Shown one piece after another: positions 60,042 through 64,000 of a DNA stretch of 64,000 nt (position 1 is its first letter; every line of letters starts with the position of its first letter). The DNA lies in NCBI GenBank assembly GCA_039096225.1, contig JBBPEB010000030.1:248001-312000 (forward strand), read 5' to 3'. The translations under genes were made by a program, and so were the position numbers. The notes beneath the pieces were generated by a model, which was not told the origin of the DNA, did not search any database, and saw only the letters and a list, made by a program, of their open reading frames with translations. Source of the DNA: Blastocystis sp. Blastoise. Its lineage: Eukaryota > Protista > Bigyra: Opalinata.

Positions 60042-61152
60042 TTAAATTAAAGGTTTTTGAATAGTATTTTCCTTTGATTGTGTTTGCTTATGTATAAACA
60101 ACTGATTAAATAAAGATAATACTGAATGTTTTGTATATTTACGAATTCTAAAGAATAAAAAAAATAATTATATATTATTATTAATATTAGGAATATATGT
60201 AATAACAAAAAAGAATGGAATAGAATACATACAAACAGGACATAGAAAGACCAAGTAAAACAATAGTAAATATAATAGAAAGAGTAACTAAAATACTAAT
60301 CCATTCTACATCTTTACTAGGAGTAATAGAAGGAGTACAACCTAGATATATATAAATATAATAATATTTATTCATATTATAATGAATATAAATATAATAA
60401 ATATAATAAATATAAACCAAATAATAAATATAAACCAAATAATAAATATAATAAATATAATGAATATAAATCAAAAAAATGAATATAATAAATAATATAT
60501 ATATACCCTCATTATCAACCATATGATAAGAGATAGTATCAATTTGAATACTATTATCTTGTTTCATATCAACATTAATTGATTCTTTATATCCTAAATC
60601 TTGTATATAAATACTACCAATATTTAAGTTCCATTTATAAAGAATATAATGTTTTAAACTATAATAGAAACCACGAATCATCGTATCATTACAATGAAAT
60701 CCATCAAGATTATTAAGATCATAAGGAACAAAAAAGATATCATCAACGACAATTCTATAATTTGTTATATTAGATACTTCAAAAAACTGTTTTCTAAAAA
60801 TCTCATTATTCTCTGCCTTCAAGAAATGATATCTTTTGATTATACCATATTTTGCTTTCTTTTGAGATGTACTATTATCGAAATAAACACTTTCTCTATC
60901 AATTTGAATTATAGAAGACTCATCATTATCAAAGAAACGATAACGGATTTCTAAAGATAGAAAACAATGTAAAATAAGTATATCACAATATCTAGATACC
61001 ATTAAAATGCGACGTAACAACAGCACTTTCATAAGTACCACACACTATAGAAAAATGAGTTGATTAACTCTATTTCTTAAAGCATAGATACATTGAGCTT
61101 TGACTGAGGCTACAAGAAGTAGTAATAATATAGAATTGAAGAATTTATTCAT
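60042..61152 (-). CDS. Hypothetical type I membrane protein, 5 exons
   Basis: Signal peptide MNKFFNSILLLLLVASVKAQ; ectodomain; TM WISILVTLSIIFTIVLLGLSMSCLI; short tail. Four GT-AG introns keep the frame. Confidence 0.75.
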
Positions 61153-61988
61153 CGAGTAAAAGAATAAAGAAACTATATTCTGAAAACAAAAGTTTTGTCA
61201 TCAACAAAAAACATCAAAAATATCCAAAGAAAAATGGGATTTCTCCACGGGAATATGGGTGTGTCATTTGGTGGTTATAATATAATTCCCTGTTTCTCTT
61301 TCCTTTAGTTTGATTTTTATTTTCTTTTTTTTTGTGGTTCTTATAACTATTCGTGATTTATAAGTGTTGATAATGTGAGAAATTTAATTGAATTTATTAA
61401 GGAATCTAAGATTTAGGTATTGAATTCGTAAGGGCGTGTTTATCATGTTATTCTTATTCAGTAGTTGAATGAAATTGATTGAAAAAGAATGAATTATTTA
61501 TGAATATATGAATAATAATAAAATATATATTGTGAAGTCACTAACTACATAAAGAGATTGATTTATTAGTTCATAAATTGATTTTATGTGTAATTATTTA
61601 TGAAATACTATGATAAATAGTATGCAGATGATGTTTGTATTATTTGTTGTAGGAGAATGAGTTGCTTAGAATCATTTTTCATATGAATTATAAGATTTAA
61701 GAGAGAACTAAAAGAGAATAAACACTAATTAAATCTAATAGTTCTTATAATACTTTTTATAAATCTGAGAGGAACATGATTTAAAGAGAAAAGTAGAATA
61801 ATACATAATAAAAAAGAGAATAGCAAGCTATAAGAAACTATATTAAAAACAAATAATTTATATTATTTGTTTTATCTTTTATAAAAAGAATGAATAAAGA
61901 AAAAATATTAAAAATTTTTTTTAATATATGTAAAAAAATATATATATATAATATAATTTAATATATAAATATAGAATTAAAAATAAAA

Positions 61989-64000
61989 TTATGATTTTTT
62001 CTTATATAATGAATTCAATTGACTAATATAAAACATATCAAATGCACTATCTCTCAATGAATAGAAAACTACACAATCTGGCGTATCTTGACGATTTGCT
62101 AATTGAATAAATTCATCTATATATGAAGCTAGTTTTCTAGAAATTGTAGATCCTATTTTTGATGATGATTTTGTAGTATTATAAGTTGAATCATTTAGTT
62201 TGGTTTTCGAGACTTTCCATTCTTCGGCTAATATATCATTTACAACAGATCGTATTTGAATAAGACGATTATTCGTAATTAATACATAACAGTGAATTGT
62301 CTATATATAATATATATATATATATATTTATTGAATAAAAATAATATATATATATTTACTGAATAAAAATAATATATATATATTTATTGAATAAAAATAA
62401 TATATATATATTTATTGAATAAAAATAATATATATATATTTATTGAATAAAAATAATATATATATATTTATTGAATAAAAATTTGTATATATATATATAT
62501 ACAAATTTGAGTTCTTCTAGATGTTTACGAACTTTTTCACAATATCCTTTTATTTCTTCATCTTTAATTGGATCTATACAATAATATATATTTTTCATTT
62601 CAACTTTTGTTGTTACTACTTGTTCATCAACTTTTCTTAATGTTTTTAATATTTGAACATCATTCTTTTTACCACTAAAATAAGATTTCAAAGTTTGAGC
62701 TACATCATAAACTGATGTATAATAGATACTCTCTCGTGTCTTCTGATTAATATCCTTACTAAAGGACATACACTAAATAGTAAAGAAATTATATAGTTTA
62801 TTATGTAAGTATAAAAATTATAAAAAGAGTTATTAAATGATAAACTATATTAATTAAATGATAAACTATATTAATTAAATAATAAACTATATTAATTAAT
62901 ATAATAATAAATAATAAATATATATACATATTGAGGTAATGATGATTTATCAATATGTATTTCTATGACATATTTAATACCACGAGTACGTAAATAAAGA
63001 GCTAAATCATTTATTGAACGAGATCCCCACTCCCACCAATCACACTATATATATATATATATATATATATTATTCTTTATAAAAATGATTAAAATAAAAA
63101 AATATATTAATGAATTCATAATATAATAAAAATACAATATATATATATAGTAATAAAATATAATAATAATAATATACATTAATTCCTTCTTGCCATAAAG
63201 CTTGTGCTAATACTAGTTCTTCTACTGTTGTTCCCTTTTCAAATGTACTACATATAAGAACAAGAGGACTAAAGAAATAGGCCTCAGATTGTAAATGAGT
63301 CGATAATAATGATTCTTCTTCCTATTATATATATATATATAATAGATATTTATAAGCATATTAATTGTATTTATATAATAATATATAAATATAAATATAT
63401 AAAATATATAAAATATATAAAATATATAAAATATATAAAATATATAAAATATATAAAATATATAAAATATATAAAATATATAAAATATATAAAATATATA
63501 AAATATATAAAATATATATACTTTACAATATTGTAATGCATTTGATATGATTTCTTCGATATTTACTCGTATACCTGCACTTCCTACAGAAGATTTCTGT
63601 CCTTTCGGATACAAAGATTTATAAGGATATAAACTTTGATCATATTCACCACCCTGTTATATATAGATATATAGATATATATATATATATAGATGGAGAG
63701 AGAGATAATAAAATGAATAATAAAATAATTAGATATAAAAAAATTAATTTGTATATAATAATTAGTACAATAAATAAACAAAAATATATAAAAAATAATA
63801 ATAATAAAACGAATAATCTAAAATTAATAATATATATATACCATAGCTAAACAAACAGATTGTTTGATACTTGTTTTTCCTTTCGAATCTTCTTTATTTA
63901 TACGCTTCATCTCTAATTGGGTATATACACTATATTGAATAGTTTGTCCCGCGGGAATAAGTAGTACATCAAAAACCATAGTATTCAAATAAGTAGAAAA
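61989..64000 (-). CDS. GCN2: 3' part of eIF2-alpha kinase GCN2 (HisRS-like and C-terminal domains); gene continues beyond the window
   Basis: CLAM|GGEYD...SAGIRVNIEEII (HisRS-like motif 3), LVLICS...LAQALWQEGIN (anticodon-binding-like), and terminal VVFYSLRDSAFDMF resembling the GCN2 C-terminal end. The kinase domain is not in the window. Confidence 0.75.
62310..62480. repeat. Intronic ~25-nt minisatellite (ATATATATTTATTGAATAAAAATAAT)n
   Basis: About six tandem copies fill the intron. Confidence 0.9.
63396..63520. repeat. Intronic 9-nt minisatellite (AAAATATAT)n
   Basis: Tandem copies starting at the donor site. Confidence 0.9.

Noticed and set aside
58826-62480. Regularly spaced repeats resembling CRISPR arrays
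   Set aside because: Head-to-tail AT-rich units without unique spacers, inside spliceosomal introns; no cas genes.
63622-63632. ATATCCTT on the - strand resembling a U12 donor
   Set aside because: Lies inside an open GCN2 exon (SLYPYK) that continues in frame to a normal GT donor.
61989-64000. Histidyl-tRNA synthetase
   Set aside because: Motif 3 is degenerate (GGEYD) and an extra C-terminal domain follows the anticodon-binding-like region, which fits GCN2 better.

Overview
Very AT-rich, intron-dense eukaryotic DNA read with the standard genetic code. Manual splicing gives 14 protein-coding genes, the last running off the right edge. In order: a GT77/nucleotide-diphospho-sugar transferase; cytosolic 5'-nucleotidase III; a large type I surface protein with beta-sandwich and He_PIG-like Ig modules; two convergent Myb genes (one with a ~9.4 kb single exon); an HtrA protease; UBC9; an Atg22/UMF1-like MFS transporter with a ~195-residue poly-Asn tract; an unknown low-complexity protein; NFXL1; an ING-type PHD protein; TECR; a small type I membrane protein; and the 3' part of GCN2. 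The surface-protein architecture and minor introns are reminiscent of a Blastocystis-like stramenopile, but that is inference only. The most striking signal is in splicing. Among roughly 120 manually inferred introns there are three textbook AT-AC minor (U12-type) introns, two of them consecutive in one gene. There is also one U12-like intron that appears to be AG-AC, one apparent GT-AA intron, and one possible non-GT donor. Major introns are typically bracketed by self-complementary (AT)n ends (GTATATA...TATATAG) instead of a polypyrimidine tract. No rRNA, tRNA, CRISPR array or intact transposon was recognised. Most listed short ORFs rich in I/Y/L/F are intron or microsatellite read-through artefacts.
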